A stretch of 64,000 bases of DNA from Eledone cirrhosa (GCA_964016885.1 OZ024743.1:278070001-278134000); one strand, 5' to 3'; numbered from the stretch's first letter, positions 1-14,173 are shown. The notes: generated by a model not told the origin, from the letters alone. Numbers and translations: made by a program.

Positions 1-593
1 TAAAAATTAAAAACGTTTGTTAAACCAAAAATGAAACCCCTGTAGGTTTTTAGATATTTTCGACTGCAAATGATACATGGACGTTGATACTTATCTCTAA
101 CATTCGACATTTACGAGCGCTGATACAATAACGTACCAGCTGGTAGAAAAAATATCAAAGATATAAGGAGAAAAATATATAGAAAATTACATAAAATAGA
201 TATCTGCCTGATATTGAAAACACTCATATATATTTAATGCTTGGTAATTTTATATGCATTTTATGTTGGTGATAATGATTGATAAATACTGAATGATAAC
301 TTATCACTATATCTTGCCGTGGATATAGGTATTTTAATCAGAAAGATAGTTGCAGTAGGTACGAATCTGTGTATTGACTATTATTAATATGGATATGTAT
401 ATGTATTTGTGAATGTGTGTCTATAAGTATGTGTGGGATGGCGTTAGTGCATATTAAAAATATTTATGGAAATGCCATAATAGAAGTGGAATGATATGCA
501 TGAAGAGACAATGCACGTGTGTAATATTTGAGTGTGCATAATATATGTGTGTATGTATGAAGATATATCCATCTATATATATGTATATATGTA

Positions 594-634
<41 letters not shown>

Positions 635-717
635 ATGTGTGTGTTTAATGGTAGCTATGATGCTTCGATATGCGGTATGCCAGTTGAGCACACGATGTTC
701 TTACAGAGCAGAGTGTG

Positions 718-1053
718 ATATAATATAAAACGAAAAATCAGTGATGCATCTGGAGTCAATTTATTGTGTGTTACAATTGTTTCGCCGGCAGTATGACAGC
801 AAATATTGGCCAGAATGTATGATGACGTAGAAAAAACAACAGCCAACAACAGGACAGGCGAGGAAGATGATTTTTGAAGCTAAAACACCAGTGAGAAAAT
901 TTATTCGGAAATTATTGCAAGTATTCGACGAACCTGCAGTTCTAGAATCAGATAGATCCATACAATGATCGTGTCTCGAGCTGTCTGCCGGCGAAACAAT
1001 TGTAACACACAATAAATTGAGTCCAGATGCATCACTGATTTTTCGTTTTATAT

Positions 1054-1058
<5 letters not shown>
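718..1058 (+). mobile_element. Fold-back insertion with a degenerate HHR
   Basis: Inverted arms ~718-790 and ~985-1058. At 971-1008: GTGT-CT(--)CGA-GCTG..CGGC-GAAA-CAATTG-TA-ACAC (core has lost 2 nt). 670-719 resembles the reverse complement of 51359-51410. Confidence 0.6.
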
Positions 1059-1150
<92 letters not shown>

Positions 1151-1228
1151 TATATATATATGGCCTCAGCCGGATGGCTGAAACAGGTAAAAGAGTATAA
1201 GAGTATATATATGTATATATATATATAT

Positions 1229-1412
1229 AACGAAGGAAATGTGGTAAGGAACCAGGTGGACCATAACGCACCAAAGTACTCAATACTTAGGGTAGTAGAG
1301 TGGGTAATAGGAACAAGTAAGACCCCGACGGCTGAGCTCAAGCCGTTTCGACGGCTAATTGGTCCAGATTTAGCCGTCGAAACGGCTTGAGCTCAGCCGT
1401 CGGGGTCTTGTT

Positions 1413-1415
<3 letters not shown>
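1229..1415. repeat. ~135-bp dispersed family (HHR 3'-half-like), fold-back copy
   Basis: Arms ~1310-1360 and 1369-1415. Other copies at 7870-8004, 13690-13824, 24609-24816 and 41611-41748, all abutting (TA)n. Confidence 0.85.
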
Positions 1416-1448
<33 letters not shown>

Positions 1449-1476
1449 CATATATATATATATATATATAAATACA

Positions 1477-1528
<52 letters not shown>

Positions 1529-1913
1529 TGTGTATATATATATATGTATATATACATATATTTGTATATACATATTGTTATACTTTGGGAGGGTCATGTT
1601 GCCAATAAGAAACACACGCACCACATGCTTTCACTTCAATTTATTAGAATAAATTTATAAATTTAGGAATTTATAAATTTCCGGTTGGCTGGTTGGTTCC
1701 ACAACCAGATGGTTGTTTATATATTGTCAAAGTTCTTTCGTCACATATTCTGTGACCTCTTCAGTAACTGGGGATTCTTTTCTTTGTTTGTGTGCCTCTC
1801 CTTTGTTCTGTCCTACGCTATTTTGTTTCTGTGTGTGTGTTGTCTGCGCATGCGCCACATCCGGGTGCCTCTGTGTCTAAACATTGTCTAAACATTGCGT
1901 CTTTTCTAAGAAA

Positions 1914-2282
1914 TGTATAACCTGTAAATTAAGCCCCCATATTAACTGTAAAACTAGAAATGTAGTATATAGCATAAGATGTACTGAATGACAATGTAGA
2001 GACAAAAATATAGTGTACATAGGTGAGACAGCTCGTAGTGTAGGGGAACGGATAAATGAACACTGGCGAGACCTTCAAGATAGTAAAGAATCATCTGTAC
2101 TCTACCAACATGCTAAAATAGAACATAAGGGTAAATTAGAGAACTTAGAAATAAAAATAGAATCTACACACAGAAAAGACGCAATGTTTAGACAAATCAC
2201 AGAGGCAATAAACATAAAAGAATTACAACCAAAATTAAATAGAAAACATGAGTGGAACAGCAACATCACAACTTACAATTAA
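1914..2282 (+). pseudogene. PLE GIY-YIG endonuclease fragment
   Basis: CITCK..HINCKTRNVVYSIRCTE*QC..VYIGETARSVGERINEH..LYQH..EH..RQITEA..I..LQPKLNRK: VVY/YIG motifs and CCHH residues; one internal stop. Confidence 0.88.
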
Positions 2283-2474
2283 GGACAAAATGAAAACACA
2301 CACGCACATAGAACAAACAACCAACCTGTAACATGTAAATAAACAAATAAATAAACGAATATAAACACACACAGACACCCGGATGTGGCGCATGCGCAGA
2401 CAACACACACACAGAAACAAAATGGCGTAGGACAGAACAGAGGAGAGGCACAAAAACAAAGAAAAGAATCCCCA

Positions 2475-2517
2475 GTCACTGAAGAGGTCACAGAATGTGT
2501 GACGAAAGAACTTTGAC
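2475..2517 (+). ncRNA. PLE pLTR hammerhead ribozyme (inverted copy at 1726-1768)
   Basis: GTCA-CTGAAGA-G GTCACA GAATG TGTGAC-GAAA-GAAC-TT-TGAC; minimal helix III. Confidence 0.7.
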
Positions 2518-2769
2518 AATATATAAACAACCATCTAGTTGTGGAACCAACCAGCCAACCGGAAATTTATAAATTCCTAAATTTATAAATTTATTATAAT
2601 AAATTGAAGTGAAAGTTACTGGTGCGTGTGTTTCTTATTGGCAACATGACCCTCCCAAAGTATAACAATATCGGTTTCAACACACGTTTTCAGATAAAGA
2701 ATCTTGCTAAACAAATTCAGAAATGTATATACATATATATATACATATATGTGTATATATATATATATG

Positions 2770-4087
<1,318 letters not shown>

Positions 4088-4091
<4 letters not shown>

Positions 4092-5043
4092 GAAAGGTAT
4101 AGAAAGTATTGTAGCAAGAAGCCAACAGTATTCCATAATATATAAGTGACTCTAGCGTCAAAATGGGAAAATAGTTAACGTAAGATATGGGAAAAATAAT
4201 TCAGACTCAATTCAAAAAGAATCAGGATATAGATTTATCCAACAGAATTTAGTGAAATCCAGGGAAAAATCAATAGAGCCTTAACTCATGATAAAATAAA
4301 GTTTAAAATACTCATCCTTCAATTTGGGACAAGTACAAATGCTCTGTATAGTCTTGAAAAAGACTATTTCACGAAAACTTTCATTGGAGATGGTCACGGT
4401 TGGAATACGATCATCAGAAGAGCTCAACACGATAGCCAAATTCTCACTGATTAATATGCCAAAAAGGGAATATAAAAGCAGGCTAGTTTAACATCATGCG
4501 TGATTATGAAAATAAAACGCACATGTGGAAAAACAGGGCTGGTGACGTCAGAATGAGACGAATGTTTGTTTATATGAAACAACAGTCAAAAACATTCCGA
4601 AAAAAACTCTACAATAAGGAGTTCAGCAAAAAGCAATATTATCGCGTTTTTTTTTTTAAATACCGGGATTAGTCACAAATAATTTAAGCACTCTAGGAAA
4701 GAAATCCAGTATAAATATATAAATGAAAGGTATAGAAAATATTGTAGCAAGAAGCCAACAGTATTCCATAATATATAAGTGACTATAGCGTCAAAATGGG
4801 AAAAATGTTAACGTAAGATGTGGAAAAAATAATTCAAACTCAATTCAAAAAGAATCAGGATATAGATTTATCCAACAGAATTTATTGAGATCCAGCGAAA
4901 AATCAATAGAGCCTTAACTCATGATAAAATAAAGTTTAAAATACTCATCCTTCAATTTGGGACAACTACAAATGCTCTGTATAATCTTGAAAAAGACTAT
5001 TTCACGAAAACTTTCAGTGGAGATGCTCACGGTTGGAATACGA
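4088..5043 (-). mobile_element. ~633-bp direct repeat (1.5 units) carrying an HHR; retrozyme/pLTR-like
   Basis: TGAAAGG at 4091 and 4724. TA tracts on both sides. Third partial copy at 23731-23995. Confidence 0.8.
4341..4423 (-). ncRNA. Hammerhead ribozyme
   Basis: Minus strand: GCTCTT-CTGATGA-TCG...CGT-GAAA-TAGTCTT TTTC AAGACTA-TA-CAGAGC; full-length helix III; mismatch at the first pair of helix I. Confidence 0.65.
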
Positions 5044-5080
5044 TATATATATACATACGATATATATATATACATATACA

Positions 5081-5689
5081 TATGGTGGCTGCCAACTCGT
5101 TTTCGAGTACGGCCACTACTTTATATCCCTGTAGGAGAACCCTACTGATGCGCTGAACAAGTGTGACTTTTTATTACAGCCAGCGACTTGAAAACTCTGG
5201 TACAAACACTACACTTGTGACAACCACTGACACATAGTGCTGGGCCCATGGTACCATGTGATGACAAGTGCAGAGAGATCTCCAGATATAAAGCAATGCC
5301 TGTGCCATGAAGCTTTTATAGTGAGCAAAGGCACTGCACGAAACCAGTCCCACTCTCTTAACCAAGATGATATTTACCAAAAAGAAGAACAAATCAAGAT
5401 CATTGGATACCATCAGGGTTGCAGGTGTTATATCAGAGTTTTCCTTCTCCTAGAATTCTGCCGTGACAAAGGCTAAGGGGTCATCTCGCCCGGTGATTTT
5501 GGATGGCCATTGACTCTTAAGAGCTCCTTTGCCCTTTGACAGGTTTTGTTTTTAGTCCTGTAGGATGTCAAAAGTCACCCTCCTCACCAAGAAAATTGGT
5601 GGGGTTGCCAGTTTAGTCGCCAACAACCCGACCACGAAACAGGTTGTACTGGGATACATGTTACCAGTAGCACCAAATGGTGACCTGAC
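5081..5689 (-). mobile_element. Probable internally deleted RTE-derived non-autonomous element
   Basis: Minus strand has an RTE-5'UTR-like segment (AGGAGAAGGAAAACTCTGA) and a C-terminal zinc-finger remnant (C..CTRVFKSLA..KSH, frameshifted). TA-flanked. Confidence 0.4.
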
Positions 5690-5769
5690 ATATATATATA
5701 TATATATACATACGTATTTATAAATTTGAGCGTAAATATCTGTTGCACTATTAAAATTAGCGAGTTTCG

Positions 5770-5960
5770 GTATTCATGCCAAACCTTTGGGTAATGAGGA
5801 AAATAATACAAGCAGCCGAAATGGGGTTCTCCCGAAGGGTGTTTGGAATAACGTTATTCGATAGAGTGTGTTGCTCGGAGATCAGAGATTCTTCGAATTG
5901 AGTGATCTTATGGGCAAGTGGTGAGATTTTCTGAGGAAAGAATTTCTGGACAGATTTTGA
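5770..5960 (+). pseudogene. RTE-clade LINE RT C-terminal fragment
   Basis: WVMRKIIQAAEMGFSRRVFGITLFDRVCCSEIR matches the RTE pattern (QAAEMxFLRRxxGxTxxDRxRSxEIR). Confidence 0.6.
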
Positions 5961-6447
5961 TAACCATCATTGAACTTATATGCAGATGCACACATCTAAC
6001 TCAACACGTACAGATTCACACATGCAGTAATATCAATACATGCACACAGACTCCCATGTATATATGTGTATGCACGTGTGAACAGAGTGAAATAAAGTGA
6101 GAGATAGAGAGAGAGAGAAAGAGAGCGAGCAGCGACAGGGACAGAGAAAGAGATAGATAAATAGAGAGAGAGGGAGAGAGAGAGAGAGAGAGATAGGTAG
6201 AGAGAGAGAGACAGCGAGAGAAAGAGAGAGAGGATGAGAGAGAGAAAGAGAGAGAGCGAGAGAACGGGAGATAGAGATAGATAAATAGATAGATAGATAG
6301 AGAGAGAGAGAGTGTGTGTGTGTGTGTGGCTGATGGATAGAAAGATAGGAGGATAATTTTATATAAATTTTGATTACATTCAATTGACCAATTTTAAATA
6401 CAATTAAGTTCAGCTCAGAAATGTTATACATGTAAACATGTCACTTG

Positions 6448-6627
6448 CAGTATGAGTAGAGGGTCAGGCCTGCTTTGTACCGGCTCTTTACGGTCTGAGT
6501 TCAAATCTGAGTTCAAATCCCACCGAGGTTAGGTTTGCCTTTTATCCTTACGAGTTCGATAAAATAAAGTACCAGTAATGCGCTGGGATAATTGCTGGCC
6601 TTGTGCCAAATGTAGAAACAATTATTA
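6448..6627 (+). mobile_element. tRNA-derived SINE (degenerate)
   Basis: B-box GAGTTCAAATCCC; body GCCTTT..CCTTACG..TCGATAAAATAAAGTACCAG. Confidence 0.75.
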
Positions 6628-7255
6628 ATCTTCAACCATCGTGAGACTTCGAACAGCAACAAACAGATTAAGTAATTAAACAAGTCTGTGAATGATCAGA
6701 AACCACTCTAGTTGACTCTTTCTTCACAACTTCCTTTTGGAAGCATCATGGTTGAATGTTTGATCGCAAGTCCCCGGTTCTATTCCACAGAATGTGGCAT
6801 TTTGAGCTGGAATTTTCTTACCAAAACCTAGGATTGACTCATGTCTTTTGAATGATATTGGGTACGCGGAAATTGTTTGCATGCCACTAACACGAAGGGT
6901 CAGCCTTGTCAGATAGGGTACCACGGGAAATTTCCATGAGAATTGCATTCAGGATGCACGTGTCTGTGGAATGTTCAGGAACCTGCATATTACTTTCACG
7001 AATAGACTACTGTGTTGATCGACAAACGGAAATACTTGGAAGGCTCATCGTCGAATCTTACGGAAGTCCATGTCCATTTCTTTCTACTCCGTTCAAGCTT
7101 TAGACTTCAAGTTTCAGTACTGTCGATTTTATGTTTAATCAACCGAAGATGGATTTCTCGTCCTAGTTAATATTATAAACGTCAACACAATCGATAGCAT
7201 CATTATTAGCCGCGTAACTTCTCCTCCTCCTCCTGCTCATACTTCTTTTCATAAT

Positions 7256-7287
<32 letters not shown>

Positions 7288-7690
7288 GTGACAGAAGACA
7301 TGAGAGCAGCAGCATAATCTCCATCATCATCGGTTTCGTAATCATCTTTGTTGTTTTTGTGATCATCGACAGCATCATCATCCTTTTTTTTTAGATAATA
7401 ATTATCGTGGTATTATTAATATTTCATAGATTCATATTTTATCCTTTAAAATGTAATACGTTACCATAGTATATTGTCCATAAGCCATGATATCCTCAGA
7501 TCATGTGTCACCAAACCTTTCAGATATTTTTTGTTTTCAATATTTCCTTCTTTTCTTTATACATGCAACTCTCCGTTTTTAACACGCGGCAGGTTATAAC
7601 TCAACATTTGTAACACGACTCCTCCATATCGATTTACCTAGGGCTAAATAACAACATTAATGGTTGCCATATTCTTAGAGCCGCTGTGAG

Positions 7691-7815
7691 GGCGGTGGAT
7701 TGGAAGTATCGGTAGAGTCGGACACTATGCTTTGCAGCATAGAGTTACGGTCCCGCCGAGGTTAACTTTGCCTTTCATCCTTACGGAGTTGTAAAGCACC
7801 AGCAACGTACTGGGG

Positions 7816-7820
<5 letters not shown>
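7691..7820 (+). mobile_element. SINE, partial
   Basis: Starts GGCGGTGGATTGG like the 58638 copy; internally deleted. Confidence 0.75.
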
Positions 7821-7869
<49 letters not shown>

Positions 7870-7875
<6 letters not shown>

Positions 7876-8002
7876 TAGCCGTCGAAACGGCTTGAGCTCA
7901 GCCGTCGTGGTCCTACTCGTTCCTATTACCCACTCTACTACCCTAAGTATTGAGTACTTTGGTGCGTTCTGGTCCACCTGGTTCCTTACCACATTTCCTT
8001 CG

Positions 8003-8004
<2 letters not shown>
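7870..8004 (+). repeat. ~135-bp family copy
   Basis: CAGAATTAGCCGTCGAAACGGCT...CCTTCGTT between TA tracts. Confidence 0.85.
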
Positions 8005-8060
<56 letters not shown>

Positions 8061-8622
8061 ATGTATATATATATGTATGTATGTGCGTCTGTGTCTAGGT
8101 GTATATGCACGAATGTAAGTGTGAATGTGTGCGTGTATGAGAAAAGTAATCAAAGAAAATTAACAGAACAACATAGAACAATGAGGATATATATTAGTTT
8201 AACGATTTATATATAAGGAAGAGAGCATTAATGTTTCGGGTATCATTCCGTCATCATAAGATAGACAGTGAAATCGCAGAAAGGAAGAAATGAAAACAAT
8301 TATTTTTCACTGGAGAAAAGCACCTGTGTGTTTATTAGAAGTGACATACAATGACATATAGTATATGAATGTATTTGTGTATGTAATGATCAACAGTGAC
8401 AGTACAAAAGGCAAAAAAGCCAACGAAAGTTTGTCTCAACCTACACAGTTTCTACTCTGCCCTCCGATGTACAGAACCTCAAGCGTATACCACCTCATGG
8501 TCTCTTTACTTCTCCTTTATATGTAGTATTGAGTTCAAACCACATTGTTCCCCTACACATTCAGATCGACTGTATTTCAGATACTTGGAGAGATATTTTA
8601 AAACTTGTTGCTGATTTAGTAT

Positions 8623-8816
8623 CAGAGGCGGTGCAAATTTGGACATTTAGTTGTAGCTCTTTGCACTCTAAAATGGTCACATTACTACGATATGCGATAA
8701 ACATAACATGTACATAAATTGTAGCGCATATCCAAATAGATATGTGTTTTAGTAGTTTGGGTAGAAAATATAATTATTGGAGGGGGGAATGCCTCCCCCA
8801 AGTTCCACCACCACTG
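8623..8816. mobile_element. Short MITE
   Basis: Imperfect TIRs CAGAGGCGGTG / CACCACCACTG; its 3' half is shared with the arms of 9131-10142. Confidence 0.55.
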
Positions 8817-9130
8817 TATATATATAATTGAAAAAAATGATGTGAGCCCTTGCCTAAGGGGTTAATGTATCGACCTTCTTCTCATTTGGTAAGAAACCGG
8901 TATTATACATAATTTATTTATCTCCTACATATATACATATATATCCATATATATATATCCAGGCAGTGTAACTTGGAGTTACTGTAGGTTCACCCGGATG
9001 AGCACTCGATGTTTAGGTTCACTTCGGTGTTGAAGTGTAGAGCTAGACAGAGTGTATTATAGTGAAGTAAAATAACAAGGACGATTGGTTACTCCTTCAT
9101 TACGTTTATTACCATTACCATTACCATTAC

Positions 9131-10142
9131 AAGGGGCCTGACATGCCCCTCCCAATAATTTTATTTTTCTACCCATAATACCAAAACACACATCTATTTG
9201 TATATGCGCTACAATTTATGTACATGTTATGTAGAGACAGAGCGGAGAGATAGATATAGATATAGGGAGAGGGGGAGGGTTTGGTGGTAACTCATATAGA
9301 GAGGAAGGTTGGGAGAGTGTGTTTTATATTAAATATAGAGAGGGGGAGAGATTGATGTTTATTGATAAGGAGAGAGGAATTTGAAGAGAGTTCCGGATTT
9401 TATATATACAATCTCCCTCTGTATATCAATTACCCATAATCTCTCACCCTCTCTATATCCACTATACGGCACTCTCCCATTTTCCCTCTCTGTATATCTA
9501 CAACCACCACATTCTACCACTCTCTATATCTACTACACGGTATCCTCTTCCAATACCCCTCTCCATATCAATTAAAACCAAACTCCCCCTCTCTCTATAT
9601 CTATTATATGGAACTCTCGTCCAATCCCCCTCCCTATATCAATAAACATCTAACTCTCCCCCTCTCTATATCTACGACACGGAACCCTCTTCCAATCCCC
9701 CTCTCTATATACTACACGGAATTCTCTCCGAACCCTCCTCTCTATATCAATTACCACCAAACTATCTCCCTCTCAGTATCTACCATACACCACTCTCTCT
9801 CATTCCCTCTCACTCTATCTATCATTACCAAACTCTCCCCCTCTTTATATCTATCAATACCTATCTCTATCAATCCTCTCCCTTTTTTCATTACGACCAA
9901 ACTCTCCCTTCTCTACATCAACCATACAACATAGTCTCAGAATCCCACTCTCTATATCAGTTACTACCAAACTCCCCCCTCTCTCTATATCTATATCTAT
10001 ATCTATCTCTCCCGTCTGTCTCTACATAACATGTATATACATTGTAACACATGTACAAATAGATGTGTGTTTTGGTAGTTTGGGGAGAAACATATAATTA
10101 TTAGGAGGGGCATGCCCCCACCCCACAAGTTCACCGCCCCTG
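9131..10142. mobile_element. Long-TIR (foldback-type) element with internal degenerate ~55-bp minisatellite
   Basis: ~9140-9290 is inverted to ~9960-10115. Internal repeats of CTCTCTATATC.ACTACACGG...ATCAATTACCACCAAACTCTCCC. Related fragment at 10826-10960. Confidence 0.65.
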
Positions 10143-10363
10143 AGTATTTGAATGTATCATGTTACCTTTGTTTAAGTTGTTCTCTATTGCGCAATACGTT
10201 GCGAGGAGAAACGCTATCATTACATAGACATGTTCAAGAATTAGACTGTGGCCATGATGGGGCACTGCCTTAAATCAATTTATCGACTATGTTTATATAT
10301 TCAGTATAACACATGAACAGCATATATGTTTGATACATTCAAGATAGTGCTCAATGTAAAAAT

Positions 10364-10533
10364 ATAATTGATTCTACCTTTGGCACAAGGCCAGCAATTA
10401 CCCAGTGCATTACTGGTACTTTATTTTATCGACCCCATAAGGATGAAAGGCAAAGTTATGCTCGGCGTGATTTTACACTCAGAATGGCAAGGGCCGTAAC
10501 ACTATAAGTCAAAGCATGGCGCCCGACCCACTA
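10364..10533 (-). mobile_element. SINE
   Basis: Reverse complement of the SINE consensus. Confidence 0.8.
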
Positions 10534-11102
10534 CTCAATGTAAAAATATGATAATGTATGGGTATATATGTGTGTATAACTATACTTGTCTATCTATCTA
10601 TACGTAAGTATACACACACACACACACACACGTTTTACTTTTGTGTTTTTCCTGATGAAACTCACTCTCTTTCTTTTAAGCGTGAAAATAATACGACTTT
10701 ATGTTAATGCATGCTGTTCTTTGTTCGTTTCTTGGTTTTTTTTTTATACACACACACACATACACACACATATATATATATTTATTTATATTTATACACA
10801 CACAAAGTGTCTTGTATATTCAATATAGAGAGTGGGAGAGTTTGCCGTTAATTGATATAGAGGGGGGATTGGAAGAGAGTACAGAAGATATATAGAGAGG
10901 GGGAATTTAGGGCTTTCCTGATGATTTCCTGATACAGTTCTAGTCCTGTAGAAGCCATTTCCATATTAAATGAGTATAAATATATATATATATATATATG
11001 TGCGCGCGTGTGTGTGTGTGTGTGTGTGTGTGTGCATACACACATACATATATACATACGCACATACATACATATATATCTCTGCCCCCCCCCCCCTCTA
11101 CG

Positions 11103-11151
<49 letters not shown>

Positions 11152-11764
11152 GTATGAGAGAGGGGGGAGAGAGCGCGCGAGAGAGAGAGGAGAGGAAAAA
11201 TGAGTAAGATTCAAAAAGAAAGAGAATGAGAGAAAGTAATCGTGTGATAGAAATAGATAAACAAAGAGAGAGCGCACATTCAGTTGTGAGGAAGTCATCA
11301 GATAAGCAGATTAAATAAAGAATATATTGTCCCTTGAGAGATAAGAATTCCGTATTGTTTGGGTGTGGCATATATTTATGATGAACTCAAATGAACTCTC
11401 TTTAGATCTGTTAAACAGATCAACGTAAAGGTTAAAGCTATTGCTTTTTGCCCCAGGTCTGCCTTGATCTAACCGACCTATATATCAAAAGCGTACCACC
11501 CGTGACCACACCTTCTTCCTTTTCAGAGACGTGTGTTTATACGACTTCTTAATTTAATGTTCTTTTTCTAAAGACTGAAATGTGGGATATAAAGTAAATT
11601 TGGTTGTTGTTTCTAGCGTTTAGAACGACTGTATAGAGACTTTCCCGTTTACTCGATTGGCTGTTCTTGTTATTTAGGCCCAGTTCAGCTCTAAAAAGAA
11701 CATATCTATGAGCAAAGACATTCCAACCACTACCATTTTTAGTACGTTTATGACTACATTATTT

Positions 11765-11965
11765 AATCGGTAGAGGGTCGGATGCCATGCTTTGCAGCAT
11801 AGAGTTACGGCCTTTTATGATCTGAATTCAAATCCCAAGGTTAACTTAGCCTTTCATCCTTACGGGGTCGATAAAATAAAGTACCAGTCACGCACTGGTG
11901 TCTATTTAATTGACTTTCCACTCTCCCAAAATTGCTGGCCTTGTGCCTATCTAAGAAACCATTAT
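11765..11965 (+). mobile_element. SINE
   Basis: Matches the SINE consensus. Confidence 0.8.
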
Positions 11966-12223
11966 ATGACACCTTCCTTTTATATCAGACAATAGAATAC
12001 AATTTGATTCAGATTTTATAAGCCAGGCGGACCCTAGATGCTAAATTGTTGGCTCGTCGGTTAAAGCATCTTACATAATCATCACTATATTAGGAGCATT
12101 TTACTCTTTATTTCTATAATACTAAAATGTATCCTGCTTTCTTTGCAGGGAGCGCTGATGGACGAGTGGGAAACCAGGCGAACGATCTAAAGATGGTCTA
12201 AGAGGACTAGAATATATTCATAT

Positions 12224-12480
12224 CGATCTGACAGAGCTACGTACTGCCCTCTTCCGCCGAAAATTTTAGAAGCTGGATTCTTATAGAATTCCAGTAATGC
12301 TGGACCAGCAATCGCTCTGTATAATCAGCTCCTGATTATTACTGGAATTCTATAAGAATCCAGCTTCAAAAATTTTCGGTGGAAGAGAGAAGTACGTAGC
12401 TCTGATGATTGCCAAACAGCATGAAACAGACTGTTAGCTTCTCTGCCTTCTTTCGCCGAAAAGAAGTAAGTGTCACTACT
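12224..12480 (+). mobile_element. Fold-back insertion with HHR at 12398-12439; relative of the 310-bp array unit
   Basis: Arms ~12224-12299 and 12338-12403. AGCT-CTGATGA-T TGC CAAACA GCA T-GAAA-CAGACTG-TT-AGCT. Confidence 0.75.
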
Positions 12481-12677
12481 TTAAAAATGATAGCGTAAGG
12501 TCTTCAAAATGTTTTCAATCAAACATACGGTATATTGCCAAATATACTATCCATACATTCATGTATACATCGCTGTTTCAGAGCACCAATCGTAATACTT
12601 AATATATATATATATACGCACACACATACACACGCGTACATTAACATACAAAGAGACATATATACACACATACACAT

Positions 12678-12713
<36 letters not shown>

Positions 12714-12820
12714 CTCCGTATAAGACAAGAGCTGAAAAATATCTTTTAACATGTTAAAATATCCCCCACACACTTACAGACACATTCCTACTGACCATCC
12801 CTCTACCACAAATTACTCTG

Positions 12821-12906
<86 letters not shown>

Positions 12907-13569
12907 ACACACACACACTTGTCTTAATAGGCATTTGAACTGTCAATAGGCTGCGGTTCGCACACACATCCCTGCTGACCATTATCACAACAACAAACCT
13001 CTTTACTACTACTACACACATACACACACATATTTGTTTTGAAAGACTTATTTTTCAGTGACTTCTCAATCGGCCGACACAAACCTACATTTGGCGCAAA
13101 ATCAATTTTTAACATGCACATGACCTCTACCGACCAATCAAAATTGTTTTCACCACAAGAATTTTTGCAACACGAATTGGCGCAAAACTTATTTTAATAC
13201 CGCTGGAGCCACTTTTTTAACATAAAAACAGGTAGAATTTCCAAAACTAGAGCAAACATCACGGACGCTCTATCTCAAAATTATTTTTGAAAAGCATTAG
13301 AAATGCGCAACCGGTAAAACTTAAAACCAAAACTGAATACTTACCAATACTATTACTAATTCTCACTTATTCCTAATAAAACTATTTTTCACTGTGAACA
13401 ATTTGTCAGCATTTTCTTTTCCGTTTACCAATATATATATATAAACCGCCAGAAATTCGATTTTACTAAATTTCCAATTATATATATGTATATATATATA
13501 TATATATATAACATGACCCCCCCCCCCCCAAGTATAATAATATATATATATAAAATGTTATATATCAAT

Positions 13570-13901
13570 AAACAAATTTGTTTATAGATATATGTGTATC
13601 CCTCCCCTATCTCTCATTCTCTTTGTATATATATATATATATATATATATACAAAGAGAATGAGAGATAGAGGAGAAAGAGAATGAGTCCAGAATTAGCC
13701 GTCGAAACGGCTTGAGCTCAGCCGTCGGGGTCCTACTCGTTCCTATTACCCACTCTACTACCCTAAGTATTGAGTACTGTGGTGCGTTATGGTCCACCTG
13801 GTTCCTTACCACATCTCCTTCGTTATATATATATATATATATATACAAAGAGAATGAGAGATAGGGGAGGGATACATATATATCTATGAAAAAAAATGTT
13901 T
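13570..13901. repeat. Inverted flanks enclosing a ~135-bp family copy (13690-13824)
   Basis: 13570-13626 is inverted to 13846-13901 and partly to 13651-13675. Confidence 0.75.
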
Positions 13902-13924
13902 GCTCTTCATGGCTGAATACAATG

Positions 13925-14173
13925 AATGCAATGTGAGTTTTTCGAATATTAATAAGAACATTCGATTCATTTGCAATTATGTAAACACGCCTAATTTTTA
14001 AAGACATATCAGTAGAATGAACACTGTTAGCAGGTAAACTGTTTACCTGCCAACACAAGAGCAAGAATGAAGTTTGTTCATTCTACTGACATGGCTTTAA
14101 ACATAAGGCTTGTTTGCATAATTGCAAATGAATCGAATGTTATTATTAATATTCGAAAAACTCACATTACATT
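13925..14173. repeat. Fold-back with ~95-bp arms
   Basis: 13925-14021 is inverted to 14075-14173. Confidence 0.8.

Larger units (their letters stand above)
1574..2724 (+). mobile_element. 5'-truncated Penelope-like element with inverted pseudo-LTR, in (TA)n
   Basis: GIY-YIG remnant plus 3' pLTR (~1905-2724). 1574-1878 is the reverse complement of ~2370-2668. Flanked by TA repeats. Same family as 49722-51180. Confidence 0.9.

Noticed and set aside
1048-1390. Recurrent peptide [22 protein letters not shown]...
   Set aside because: A by-product of the non-coding ~135-bp repeat, read from a TTG start into TA repeats.
12130-12200. Splice-acceptor-like sites (also ~16175 and ~57736) as host exons
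   Set aside because: No consistent open frame, donor site or recognisable protein; RNA-seq would be needed.
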